The notes beneath the pieces were generated by a model that saw only the letters and a program-made list of their open reading frames with translations, was not told where the DNA came from and ran no database searches. From assembly GCA_964419835.1 (NCBI GenBank), contig CAYQPT010000003.1, positions 799-64,798 of the forward strand: 64,000 nt of DNA. The letters run 5' to 3'. The stretch is from an uncultured Candidatus Saccharibacteria bacterium (lineage in GTDB: Bacteria > Patescibacteriota > UBA1384 > XYA2-FULL-43-10 > 1-14-0-10-43-13). The position numbers and the translations under genes are program-made. Positions 30,459 through 40,232 of the stretch are shown piece after piece. Positions within the stretch are counted from its first letter, which is position 1; every line of letters begins with the position of its first letter.

Positions 30459-33400
30459 ATGGCGAACATAGAAATTAAAGACCAGCTTAATGCAACCGAC
30501 TTTGAGGCAATTCAACTTTCTGTTGCCTCATCAGACGACATTCTAGCATGGTCTCACGGTGAAGTTTTAAAGCCGGAAACAATCAACTACCGTACACAAA
30601 AGCCGGAAAGAGACGGTCTTTTCTGCGAAAAAATCTTCGGTCCGACTAAGGACTGGGAATGTTATTGTGGAAAATACCGGAAGATCCGTTACAAAGGCGT
30701 TGTCTGCGACAAGTGCGGCGTTGAAGTAACAAGGTCATCAGTAAGACGCGTACGGCTTGGCCATATTGACCTTGCTGTTCCAGTTTCTCATATCTGGTAC
30801 GCAAAAGGTGCTTCCAGTATTGTTTCTATGATTTTAGATATGACTACTTCCGATTTGGAAAAAGTCGTCTATTTTGCCAGCTTCGTAACACTCTCAGTTA
30901 ATGAGGATCTAAAGAAGGCCAGCATGGAAGGTCTTGAGAAAGAGTATAAAGAATATCTGGAAGAAATAAAGAAATCGGGTGCAGAATCCGAGATTACAAA
31001 AGAAGATGTCGAGATTGCTTACAAATCGGCAAAAACTGAATTAAACGGTCTCACAATTGGAAAAATAATCTCTGAGCAGGTATATCATGAACTAAATATG
31101 AAATACGGCCAGATTATTGAAGTCGGCATTGGCGCTGAAGCAATTCTTAAACTGCTTAAGAATCTAGATATCGACAAAGAAACCGTTAGAGCTAAAGACG
31201 AATCCAAAAAACAGATCGGTTTGCAACGGGGCAAAATGCTAAAACGGCTTCGAGCTTTGACAAACCTAAAAGCAGCTAACATTGACCCCGCTTCACTCAT
31301 CTTAACCCGCCTGCCAGTTATTCCGCCGGATTTACGTCCAATGGTTCAGCTTGACGGTGGACGATTTGCCGCTTCCGACTTAAACGATCTTTATAGAAGA
31401 GTTTTGAACAGGAATAACCGGCTAAAGCGGCTTATGTCTCAGGGCGCTCCTGAGGTTATCTGTCGAAATGAGAAGAGAATGCTGCAGGAAGCTGTTGATG
31501 CTGTGATTGACAACTCAGCCAGAAAAGGCAAAGTTGCCTCATCGGCAGGAGGAAAAAGAAAATTGCGCTCACTTTCAGATATGCTTCGAGGCAAACAGGG
31601 ACGATTCCGACAGAACTTGCTTGGAAAACGTGTAGACTATTCAGGACGATCAGTTATTGTTGTTGGTCCACGGCTTAAGCTGCATCAGTGTGGTCTTCCT
31701 AAAATTATGGCTTTGGAGCTATTTAAACCGTTCATTATCGGACGGCTTATTTCCGATGGCTATGTACACAATGTTAAAAACGCAACCAGATTAATTGAAA
31801 GAGGCGAGTCATTTGTTTGGGATATTCTGGAAGATATTATTAAAGATAAATATGTTCTTCTAAACCGCGCCCCAACACTTCACAGACTTGGTATCCAGGC
31901 ATTCCAGCCGATCTTGATTGAAGGTAAAGCCATTCAAATTCATCCGCTCGTCTGTGCGGCTTTCAATGCTGACTTTGACGGGGACCAGATGGCCGTTCAT
32001 GTACCTTTGTCCGACAAGGCACAGGAAGAAGCCAGAACCATCATGCTTTCAGCCAATAACCTCTTAAAACCGGCTTCAGGTGATCCTGTGGTTACTCCTT
32101 CGTACGATATGATTTTGGGCGCCTTCTATGTTACCAAAATGGAAGAAAAAGCTAAGGGAACCGGTATGGTATTTAAGTCGGAAGATGAAGCTATTTCTGC
32201 TTATGACGGCGGTAACATTGATCTTGGTGCAAAAATAAAAGTCCGGCTAAACACTAAAGAAATTGTTGAAACTACAGTCGGCAGAATTATTTTTAACGAG
32301 ATTATTCCTAATGAACTTGGTTTCATAAACGACATATTCAATAAAAAGGCAATCTCCAAATTGGTTGACAAGATTTACCGTCAATTAGGAACGGAGAGAA
32401 CAGCTCAATTTGTAGATGACTTAAAGGATTTGGGCTTCAAATACGCTCAAAAGTCCGGATTAACCTTTGCCGTTGACGATATTCACATCCCTTCAACCAA
32501 AGCGGCTATCCTCAAGTCTTCAGAAGACCAGCTTTCAATTATCGACAAACAGTATCAAAGGGGTCTTATTACCGACGAAGAAAGATACGCCAAAACAATT
32601 GAGCTTTGGATGAACGCTCAGGGCCAGATCGAAAAAGATATGATGGATCAATACTCAAAGGAAAATGACCTTTTCATTGTTATGACATCAGGTGCCAGAG
32701 GTAATGTTGCTCAGATGATTCAGGTTGCCGGCATGAAGGGGCTCGTTGCAGATACAACCGGTTCCATTATAGAACTTCCGATTAAATCAAACTTTAAAGA
32801 AGGTCTCTCCGTATTTGAGTATTTTAACTCAACCCACGGCTCCCGAAAAGGCCGAGCTGACACCGCTCTTCGAACTTCAGAAGCAGGTTATTTGACTAGA
32901 AGATTGGTTGATGTTTCTCAAGACACAGTTATTACTGAAGATGATTGTAAGAGCAAAAACGGAAGAATTATTTCCAGGGAATTTTATGCTGCGCTGGGTG
33001 AAAAGTGGGACAAATACCTTCTTGGCAGAGTTTTGTCAAAAGCCGCTGCGGGCGTTAAGGAAGGCACGATAATTACTCACGCCGAGGTCGAGAAATTTGA
33101 TACCGCAAAGCTAAACGAAATTGAAATAAGATCACTTCTTGGTTGTCATGCTAAACGGGGCGTCTGTAAAGCATGTTATGGCCTAGACTTGGCGACAGGT
33201 AAGTTGGTCGAAGCTGGCGCAACTGTTGGTATTGTTGCGGCTCAGGCAATCGGCGAACCTGGAACACAGCTTACCATGCGTACCTTCCATACTGGTGGTG
33301 CTGCTGGTGAAGATATCACTACCGGCTTGCCTCGAGTTGAAGAGCTTTTTGAGTCTAGAGTACCCAAGAAACCGGCAATCCTCTCAGAAATTGACGGCAA

Positions 33401-34184
33401 GGTAGTCATTCGAACAGAAAAAGACGGATCTATTTTGACCGTGTCGGGTAAGGGAGAAAAATCAGAAGCTATCAGCTTAACTGAAGGATACAACTGGGTC
33501 GTTGAGGACGGATCAAAGCTTAAAGCAAAACAGATTATTGCTGAAAAAGAAGGTGAAAAGCCAATCAGAAGCAAAGTTAACGGCGAGATCAGATTGAATA
33601 ATCGAAAAGCCATTATTAATAGCGCCGGCAACATTGTCCGCGAATACTCTGTCGGAAGATTGACTCAGCTTAAAGTCAAAGACGGCGATTTGGTTTCCAA
33701 GGGTCAGCCATTGACTGAAGGACATTATGATTTGTCCATGAGCTTAAAGTTTGCTGGAAGATCAAAAACCATCAACTATATCATCAAGCAGGTACAGTCA
33801 ATTTATGAGTCTCAGGGACAAGATATTAACGACAAGCACCTTGAGGTTATTGTCCGATTGATGCTTTCCAAAGTTAAGATTACACTTTCCGGAGATTCAA
33901 AACTTCTTCCGGGACAGGTCACAAACTTGGTGGATGTTGAGTTGATTAATCAAAAACTTGAAAAAGAAGGCAAGAAGAAAGCCGATTTTGAGGACATCAT
34001 CATGGGTATCACCCGTGTGGCCTTAAAGACCGAAAGTTTCCTTTCAGCAGCTTCCTTCCAAGAAACCACAACCGTTTTGATCGAAGCAGCAACTTCTGCA
34101 AAAATTGATCATTTGCGCGGTCTTAAGGAAAATGTAATTATCGGTAAATTGATCCCAGCTGGAACCGGCCTGAATCAATCGTAG
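30459..34184 (+). CDS. rpoC: DNA-directed RNA polymerase subunit beta-prime
   Basis: Zinc finger CX2C...CX2C near the N-terminus, the NADFDGDQM catalytic motif, and trigger loop and bridge helix regions. Confidence 0.97.
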   Translation: MANIEIKDQLNATDFEAIQLSVASSDDILAWSHGEVLKPETINYRTQKPERDGLFCEKIFGPTKDWECYCGKYRKIRYKGVVCDKCGVEVTRSSVRRVRLGHIDLAVPVSHIWYAKGASSIVSMILDMTTSDLEKVVYFASFVTLSVNEDLKKASMEGLEKEYKEYLEEIKKSGAESEITKEDVEIAYKSAKTELNGLTIGKIISEQVYHELNMKYGQIIEVGIGAEAILKLLKNLDIDKETVRAKDESKKQIGLQRGKMLKRLRALTNLKAANIDPASLILTRLPVIPPDLRPMVQLDGGRFAASDLNDLYRRVLNRNNRLKRLMSQGAPEVICRNEKRMLQEAVDAVIDNSARKGKVASSAGGKRKLRSLSDMLRGKQGRFRQNLLGKRVDYSGRSVIVVGPRLKLHQCGLPKIMALELFKPFIIGRLISDGYVHNVKNATRLIERGESFVWDILEDIIKDKYVLLNRAPTLHRLGIQAFQPILIEGKAIQIHPLVCAAFNADFDGDQMAVHVPLSDKAQEEARTIMLSANNLLKPASGDPVVTPSYDMILGAFYVTKMEEKAKGTGMVFKSEDEAISAYDGGNIDLGAKIKVRLNTKEIVETTVGRIIFNEIIPNELGFINDIFNKKAISKLVDKIYRQLGTERTAQFVDDLKDLGFKYAQKSGLTFAVDDIHIPSTKAAILKSSEDQLSIIDKQYQRGLITDEERYAKTIELWMNAQGQIEKDMMDQYSKENDLFIVMTSGARGNVAQMIQVAGMKGLVADTTGSIIELPIKSNFKEGLSVFEYFNSTHGSRKGRADTALRTSEAGYLTRRLVDVSQDTVITEDDCKSKNGRIISREFYAALGEKWDKYLLGRVLSKAAAGVKEGTIITHAEVEKFDTAKLNEIEIRSLLGCHAKRGVCKACYGLDLATGKLVEAGATVGIVAAQAIGEPGTQLTMRTFHTGGAAGEDITTGLPRVEELFESRVPKKPAILSEIDGKVVIRTEKDGSILTVSGKGEKSEAISLTEGYNWVVEDGSKLKAKQIIAEKEGEKPIRSKVNGEIRLNNRKAIINSAGNIVREYSVGRLTQLKVKDGDLVSKGQPLTEGHYDLSMSLKFAGRSKTINYIIKQVQSIYESQGQDINDKHLEVIVRLMLSKVKITLSGDSKLLPGQVTNLVDVELINQKLEKEGKKKADFEDIIMGITRVALKTESFLSAASFQETTTVLIEAATSAKIDHLRGLKENVIIGKLIPAGTGLNQS

Positions 34185-34392
34185 ATTGATAAAATCCAAA
34201 ATTCGAATATCGAAATCCGAAACAAATTCGAATGACAAAAATTGAGAAATGTTTAAAACATTAGAAAATTAAGATTTATAATTTGTTTCGAACATTCGGG
34301 TTTCGTGCTTCGAGTTTGAGATGGTTAGAACAATTGACCGCAAGATAAATTTATGTTAAAGTGATAAAGTTAAATATCAATTTGAGAAAAAA

Positions 34393-34812
34393 ATGCCAAC
34401 AGTAAACCAATTAGTAAAATACGGTCGCAAAAAGACCAAAAATAAAACCAAAACTACCGCTATTAAGACAACTTTTAACTATCTAAAGAACAAACCGGTT
34501 AAGATTGATAGTGGTTGCCCTCAAAAGCGCGGTGTTTGTATTAAAGTCGGAACAATGACTCCTAAGAAACCAAACTCGGCTTTGCGTAAATTCGCCAGAG
34601 TACGGCTTACTAATGGTTTTGAAGTAAATGCATATATTGGCGGAGAAGGCCATCAGCTTCAGGAACACTCGGTTGTGCTTATCCGTGGCGGTCGTGTAAA
34701 AGACCTTCCCGGTATGCGATATCATATTGTCCGTGGTAAGCTTGATTTAACTGGTGTAAAAGACCGCAAGAAAGCCCGAAGCAAATACGGCGTTAAAAAA
34801 GCAGTAGAGTAA
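34393..34812 (+). CDS. rpsL: 30S ribosomal protein S12 with an N-terminal insertion of about 25 aa
   Basis: PQKRGVC...[10 protein letters not shown]...RLTNGFEV...[12 protein letters not shown]...[19 protein letters not shown]. An extra [26 protein letters not shown] segment is present relative to typical S12. Confidence 0.95.
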   Translation: MPTVNQLVKYGRKKTKNKTKTTAIKTTFNYLKNKPVKIDSGCPQKRGVCIKVGTMTPKKPNSALRKFARVRLTNGFEVNAYIGGEGHQLQEHSVVLIRGGRVKDLPGMRYHIVRGKLDLTGVKDRKKARSKYGVKKAVE

Positions 34813-34934
34813 ATAAGGTAACGGCTAGGGTAACGATGCCCGTATCGGTTAGGTTGTTCGGTAACGCAGCCGTAACCCATCCGCCAGCTGGCGGAACGAT
34901 ACTGGTTTCGTAACCGATTAACGAAAAACGATAA
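34810..34934 (+). repeat. about 120 bp hairpin-rich intergenic element, copy 2 (between rpsL and rpsG)
   Basis: About 93% identical to 30303-30427. Compared with copy 1, two sub-sites exchange C and T in a correlated way. Confidence 0.85.
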
Positions 34935-34941
34935 GGAAATC

Positions 34942-35418
34942 ATGAGTAGAGGAAATGCAAAAACAAAGCAGCACAGAATAACACCTGACGCCAAATACGA
35001 CAGCGTTATTTTGGCAAAGTTTACCAACTACATCATGCTAAACGGCAAAAAGACTGTTGCAGAAAAGACAGTTCATGCTGCGTTAAAGCATGCCAATGAA
35101 AAGATAAATGCTCCTGAAATGGATATTTTTGATCAGGCATTGAAAAATGTCGGACCAATTCTAGAAGTAAAAAGCAAGCGAATCGGTGGTGCAAACTACC
35201 AAGTCCCCATTGAAGTTTCGAAAGACAGAAGAAATACTTTGGCAATGCGCTGGATAATTTCCGCAGCCAGATCAGGCAAAGGAAAACCAATGTCAGAAAA
35301 ACTTGCTGCTGAGTTCATCAATGCATACAACGGTGAAGGCGCAGCCATGAAGAAGAAACAGGAAACACACAGAATGGCAGAAGCCAATAAAGCATTTGCT
35401 CATTTCGCACGGTTCTGA
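34942..35418 (+). CDS. rpsG: 30S ribosomal protein S7
   Basis: S7 family sequence (MSRGNAKTKQHRITPDAKYDSVILAKFTNYIMLNGKKTVAEKTV...). Confidence 0.95.
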   Translation: MSRGNAKTKQHRITPDAKYDSVILAKFTNYIMLNGKKTVAEKTVHAALKHANEKINAPEMDIFDQALKNVGPILEVKSKRIGGANYQVPIEVSKDRRNTLAMRWIISAARSGKGKPMSEKLAAEFINAYNGEGAAMKKKQETHRMAEANKAFAHFARF

Positions 35419-35465
35419 GAATACGGATATACGGATTTAACTCAGATATACAGATTTACAAATAA
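35419..35465 (+). repeat. TACGGAT/TACAGAT heptamer repeat element (partial copy of the 95 bp family) after rpsG
   Basis: AATACGGATATACGGATTTAACTCAGATATACAGATTTACA. A hairpin and T-run follow at 35475-35510. Confidence 0.7.
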
Positions 35466-35612
35466 ATAATTATAAAAAAACACCCATTCGACTACGCTCA
35501 GGGTGTTTTTTTGTGGAAGATTGTCCGATGAGATTGAGGATAACCCATGTTATTGTTCGAGATAGGTTCCACAACAATTTAACCGTTTAACAATTTAACT
35601 ATTTAACCAACC

Positions 35613-36059
35613 ATGAACCTAACATCGGACGATTTCAATAATTGTGACTACATTCCGGAGGAATACACTTACGACGGTGAAAATATGAATCCACCGCTCG
35701 AGATTCACGATGTGCCGGAAAAAGCCAAAAGCTTGGCTTTAATTATGGAGGATCCCGACGCCCCTAATGGCGAACTCATTCATTGGCTACTTTGGAATAT
35801 CCCTCCGGCTGAGAAAGAGATCGACAGTGAACAATCATTGCCTTTAAACGGTGTTTGCGGGATTACCAGCGCCGGTAAGCCGGGTTATACCGGCCCCTGT
35901 CCGCCCACAGGAGAGGAACACAGGTATTTTTTTAAGCTTTATGCGTTAGATATCAAGCTTGATCTGTTTTGTAGCGCAAATAAAATTGATCTAAAGCGGG
36001 CAATGGATGGCCATATTATAGAAAAAGCCGAACTAGTCGGACTTTATAGAAGGAAATAG
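35613..36059 (+). CDS. YbhB/YbcL family phosphatidylethanolamine-binding protein (PEBP)
   Basis: DPDAP...HW conserved motif and C-terminal GPCPPTGEEHRYFFKLYALD. Confidence 0.8.
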   Translation: MNLTSDDFNNCDYIPEEYTYDGENMNPPLEIHDVPEKAKSLALIMEDPDAPNGELIHWLLWNIPPAEKEIDSEQSLPLNGVCGITSAGKPGYTGPCPPTGEEHRYFFKLYALDIKLDLFCSANKIDLKRAMDGHIIEKAELVGLYRRK

Positions 36060-36630
36060 ACCACCAATAAAAGGAGTAGCCCACCGTCGTTGGAAGCGAC
36101 GGTGGGCGATGGATCCGAGCGTGCAACCGATTGGTCGCCGCTGAGTGAAACGGACATGTCCGCTGGTATTTCTTACACTCTTTCAGTCAGAGTTGTCGGT
36201 TGCCAGGTCGAGATGAATCCGACCAAAGTTTCGCCGAAAAGCGAGTCAATGCGCACATAATTGTGCGACTGGGAGGTGGGGGCATCTTTCGTCGCCCCCA
36301 GAGTCAAGCAAATTGCCTGCTAGCGAACCCAAGGGCTCGCATTGCTTCCCAAGTCGGGGCGATCATAGACTGACCCTGCGAACCGACCCTCGAAATCGGG
36401 GTCGAAACGCAGTTACTACCGCCAGTGACAATCGCTGCCAGGGCTACTTCCGTTGGTGTAGCACCGACGAGGTAGGGTGTCGCAGACACACGTAAGAGGA
36501 AAATCGAAGCCGTTAAGAGCAAATCTCCCATCCTCCTTTCACAAGCACAACGAACAATACGCTTGATAATAGGAAATATAGCACTAGTAAAAATACCGTG
36601 CAATAGGGTGCAACTGTGTATAACTCATAA

Positions 36631-37752
36631 CTAGATCACTTTCTTATCGGCCAGGTATTTGGCGATGTCATCCACGGTTAATATTCCTACAAGCTGATTA
36701 TCTTCAAGAATGGTGACAAAGCCAACATTTTTTGAAACCATCAGCTTTAATGCGTCAATCGCTTTGTCATTTTCCTGAAGATAAAAATTATGCAAAAAAC
36801 TTCTCATCAATTCGTAAACACGCGTTTCTTCGGTAATATGAGCACTATTTTTACGGATATCATCCAGCGAAATTGTCCCTACAACGGTGTTGTCTAAAAT
36901 CACAGGCAAATTATCGACATTATATTTCAGAAAAAATTCTTCAATAAGAGAATTAATAGTTAAATATGGTGTAACTGTCAGCATATTTCTATTTAAAATC
37001 TGCTTGATTTGTACTTTTTCAAGCGCAGTTCTAATCAAGAGCTCCATATACCCCTGTCCCGCCGCTTGATATAAAAACAAACCGATCAAAATGAGCCAAG
37101 CACCGCTGAACAAATCGGTTGTAATAATCCGTACTATTCCAAATACCACAACTAAAACGGCAATCATTTTACCGCTGTCGCTGGCGATTTGCGTTGCTTT
37201 TTTTAGATTTTTGGTATAGCTCCAAGCAATTGAGCGTAAAATTCTACCTCCGTCGAGCGGGAAACCGGGCAAGAGGTTAAACATACCGAATAGAAGATTG
37301 ATCTGCGATAGAGTCGAAGCAAGCACGGTCACATTAAATAGCAGGCCATGCTGTCTTGTAAGTAAATAAATTACAAAAAATATGCCGGATAAAACAAAGC
37401 TGGTAATGGGACCGGCAATTGCAACGCGGAATTCAGTTCTGGCGTTGTCGGGCTCCTCGAAAAGCTCGGCGATCCCGCCAAATAAAAATAATGTAATACG
37501 ATTAATTTTAAAACCATTCTTTTTAGCTGTGATAGAGTGAGCTAGTTCATGAATGAGAGCGGAAGAAAATAAGAGCACTGAAGTTATGGCGGCGAGAATA
37601 ATATTAGTTTGGATGCTGGCGGTTGAATTTAAAGTAGGGAAGTATTTTGCCGAAAGAAGCCATATTAAAAGTGCGAAAATTATAAACCAAGAATAATCAA
37701 GAAATATCTCGATGCCAAAGAGCTTTCCAATTTTAATACCGCTTGTTCGCAC
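36631..37752 (-). CDS. site-2 protease family (M50) zinc metalloprotease with tandem C-terminal CBS domains
   Basis: HELAHS zinc-binding motif and NLLPGFPLDGGR motif in TM helices, with two CBS-like domains at the C-terminus. GTG start. Confidence 0.8.
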   Translation of the reverse strand: MRTSGIKIGKLFGIEIFLDYSWFIIFALLIWLLSAKYFPTLNSTASIQTNIILAAITSVLLFSSALIHELAHSITAKKNGFKINRITLFLFGGIAELFEEPDNARTEFRVAIAGPITSFVLSGIFFVIYLLTRQHGLLFNVTVLASTLSQINLLFGMFNLLPGFPLDGGRILRSIAWSYTKNLKKATQIASDSGKMIAVLVVVFGIVRIITTDLFSGAWLILIGLFLYQAAGQGYMELLIRTALEKVQIKQILNRNMLTVTPYLTINSLIEEFFLKYNVDNLPVILDNTVVGTISLDDIRKNSAHITEETRVYELMRSFLHNFYLQENDKAIDALKLMVSKNVGFVTILEDNQLVGILTVDDIAKYLADKKVI

Positions 37753-38117
37753 GGGTATGAGAGTAGCAAAGCAAGTTAACTTAATCGTTATGATTTATCA
37801 TAAATATAAAAAATACCTGCAAAAAAGCAGGATTTTTATGTATTTGGTATTATTGAGGGGAGGCGGCTGGCAAGACCGGGGAGGTCTATGCCAGCATGTT
37901 TTGGGGATCGAAAGAAGTCGAATCCAATAGGGGTCTTTGAGGTAATCCCGATAGCTAACTACCGATTGTCGTTTCTGATAGAGTAGCTACCGTAATGAAG
38001 TAGCCAAATCTTTGGTCTCTACAACAAAGAAGTGGCAATGCTGCGACTCGTGCATCTTGCACTCCTCACAACAGCCTTATTTTCGCACAAATTGAGATCA
38101 AAGTCAAGCGTGTCCGA

Positions 38118-38146
38118 TTGACATTTGAGCGCTAGTATGCTATAAT
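38118..38146 (+). promoter_or_regulatory. perfect consensus sigma70 promoter TTGACA-17 bp-TATAAT inside the GC-rich island
   Basis: TTGACA at 38118-38123 and TATAAT at 38141-38146, followed by a 120 nt GC-rich leader with a CCCCTAAGGGG hairpin. Confidence 0.55.
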
Positions 38147-38270
38147 ACTAAAGTAATCTGCTGGAGAAGGGTTCCCCTAAGGGGATCTCATCTCGGGCAG
38201 GCAACATTAGGCAACTGCTCGACATCACATCCGGCCCAGGTCGGATTTCCACGGAAGGACTGGTGAGAGA

Positions 38271-38627
38271 ATGTTCAGAGACAGAAGGTTCATCGCGGTT
38301 GTGCTGCTTGCGTTAGTGGTTGGAGGAGTGTGGGGACTGTTCCACAACGACGTTTTGGGCACCAAGCGTGCTCGAGCCAACTACAATGAAGGTGTCAGAG
38401 CCTTCAAAGCCGACCTGAACGGTCGCGTATGGGTTTCTCACAAGATTCGCACGGGCGAAGGATATTACGACGCCTGTGTGGTCTCCGGATTTCACAAGGA
38501 GATAACGGATTATCGGCGTGATGTGATCGAGGAAACGCTTCAAGCGTATCCCCTTAACACTCACATCGATGTTACCTTTCTCCACCCCGGAGATGTTGTC
38601 TGGGTGCCTGTCGGTCGAGACGACTGA
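38271..38627 (+). CDS. hypothetical signal-anchored small protein (GC-rich island ORF)
   Basis: N-terminal TM helix RRFIAVVLLALVVGGVWGLF. Lies downstream of the perfect promoter. Coding status is uncertain. Confidence 0.35.
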   Translation: MFRDRRFIAVVLLALVVGGVWGLFHNDVLGTKRARANYNEGVRAFKADLNGRVWVSHKIRTGEGYYDACVVSGFHKEITDYRRDVIEETLQAYPLNTHIDVTFLHPGDVVWVPVGRDD

Positions 38628-39603
38628 TTGGCCCGCAAGTGGCTTCGGTCACAGAGTAGTTTCCCGAGCGTGCTTTCACGCTCGGGAACATCCCCCTTTT
38701 CTTCTCATGTGTGGAATCAGTTGAATTCATCATGAGCAGAGAAAGAAACGTCTGCCGGTTAGGGGAAGAAAGATGAAATTGCATCGCATTATTTACGTCT
38801 TCATTGTCCTTTCCACCTTCCAGTATGCTCGTGTGTGGAACGGCGACCTTGCGTCGTATGTACGTTTACACACGAACAATCATGGATACGCGGCATTATC
38901 CGCGTTGCTGGCCTACCTGACAGAACTCGCTCTTGCGAGCTGGGTAATGGTAACAATAACCGCGCGCGAGCGACAGGACCAAGCCAGAGAGAAGGTCAGC
39001 AATGCTGGCCCTCGAGCGCCTGGCCCGAACGATGTAGCGCCTCTCTAAACTAGCAGAGTCGCTAACCGGCTTTGCATTGACTGCTTCCCGAGTGAGGTTA
39101 TGGAGAATTAGAATGCGAACAACAGTAGTTGTCGACTCAACGAGGAGAGATAGCTGCACAAATGGGACCGATTCCCCGACAATACTGGGGCTCAAAGAGG
39201 CCCTCGAACTCATCAAAGTGATGATCGAGGACACCGGTCAGATGTTCGCAGCTCTCCCTCTTACGTATGGCCAGAAAGGAGACTGGCCGACGAAGTACAT
39301 CATATATTCTGCGCACTATATGGCAGGATAATATGATAACTCGTCATGGACCGGTCCGCACGTACGGGTGCGGACCATTAACCTCGAGAATCGAATCATC
39401 CGCCAGCTGGCGGATTGGATTTTCGAGAGTTGATTAAATAACTGATTAGATCCCTTGTTCATCAAAATAGTTTGATGAAGTAGAGGACTAATTAAGAGAG
39501 ATATCCACACCTTACGAGGTGTGATTTTTTTACACAAAAATGTTTTGGGTGTAGAATTGGGGTGGAGAAATTCTCTGATAGTTCTACCGACAGGGGGTAC
39601 GAT

Positions 39604-39870
39604 ATGTTCACGGAAATGTCACGGGATCATTTCTATCTGCTAGTACAGACAGCCGTACTACTCATCTCTGCTCTGCTTGCTCTGCAGTACTTCGGACTCA
39701 ATGCGATTGTCCATTCTTGGCACACTTGGGTCTTAATGGGTGCTCTCGTGCTATGCTGGCTGAACGCCATACTTCGTAATGGCAGGCCACTGTCTTGGGA
39801 ACCGAGCGCACTCTTGATGTTCGTGCTGGTAGCTCTCAGCTGCATCCAGGTAGGGGTAGGCAAGCATTAG
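39604..39870 (+). CDS. hypothetical small membrane protein (GC-rich island ORF; the ORF extends upstream to 39562)
   Basis: Three hydrophobic helices. GGGGGT lies 5 nt before the ATG at 39604. Confidence 0.3.
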   Translation: MFTEMSRDHFYLLVQTAVLLISALLALQYFGLNAIVHSWHTWVLMGALVLCWLNAILRNGRPLSWEPSALLMFVLVALSCIQVGVGKH

Positions 39871-40232
39871 GTTCTCATTCTGCAGGCATTAGTAATCCTG
39901 CAAACCCGTCCTGCACTATTCAGTGCAGGTTCGAGGTTTGTAGCAGATTTGTACCATATGCGATAGGATCTCTCGCCTTCCTCGATCCACCCACCGGTGG
40001 GCTCGTAATGGGTCGGGATGACAGGGGGGGGTTGTTGGGGGAAACAATTGACAGCGCAGGAAAAATTATGTTATTATTGCTCTGAAAGAGGGGCGTTTTT
40101 GTTTTTACTACGTAAAAAAATTCTTAATTTTTAAGTATTAATTTCTAAATTAAGTCCAAAATTTATTAAAATATTTAAAATTGAATAAAAATTTAAAATT
40201 ATAAATTAGAAATTCAATTCCGAAGGAATTCC

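Noticed and set aside
26940-34184. Numerous antisense or overlapping ORFs of 60-190 aa inside rpoB, rpoC, fusA, tuf, gyrA, infB and elsewhere (for example 41418-41996 minus strand, 33242-33634 minus strand, 12125-12511 minus strand)
   Set aside because: They lie entirely within strongly supported conserved genes on the other strand or frame, and have low-complexity or odd composition. Treated as spurious.
36060-38270. Searched the GC-rich non-coding blocks for tmRNA (GGGG...UUCGAC 5' end, CCACCA-proximal T-arm, ...AA* tag ORF) and SRP RNA signatures
   Set aside because: Only fragmentary resemblances (TGGATTCGAC on the minus strand near 37930; GGGGGCGACGAAAGATGCCCCC hairpin near 36270) without the required acceptor or tag context. 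Left unclassified rather than called.
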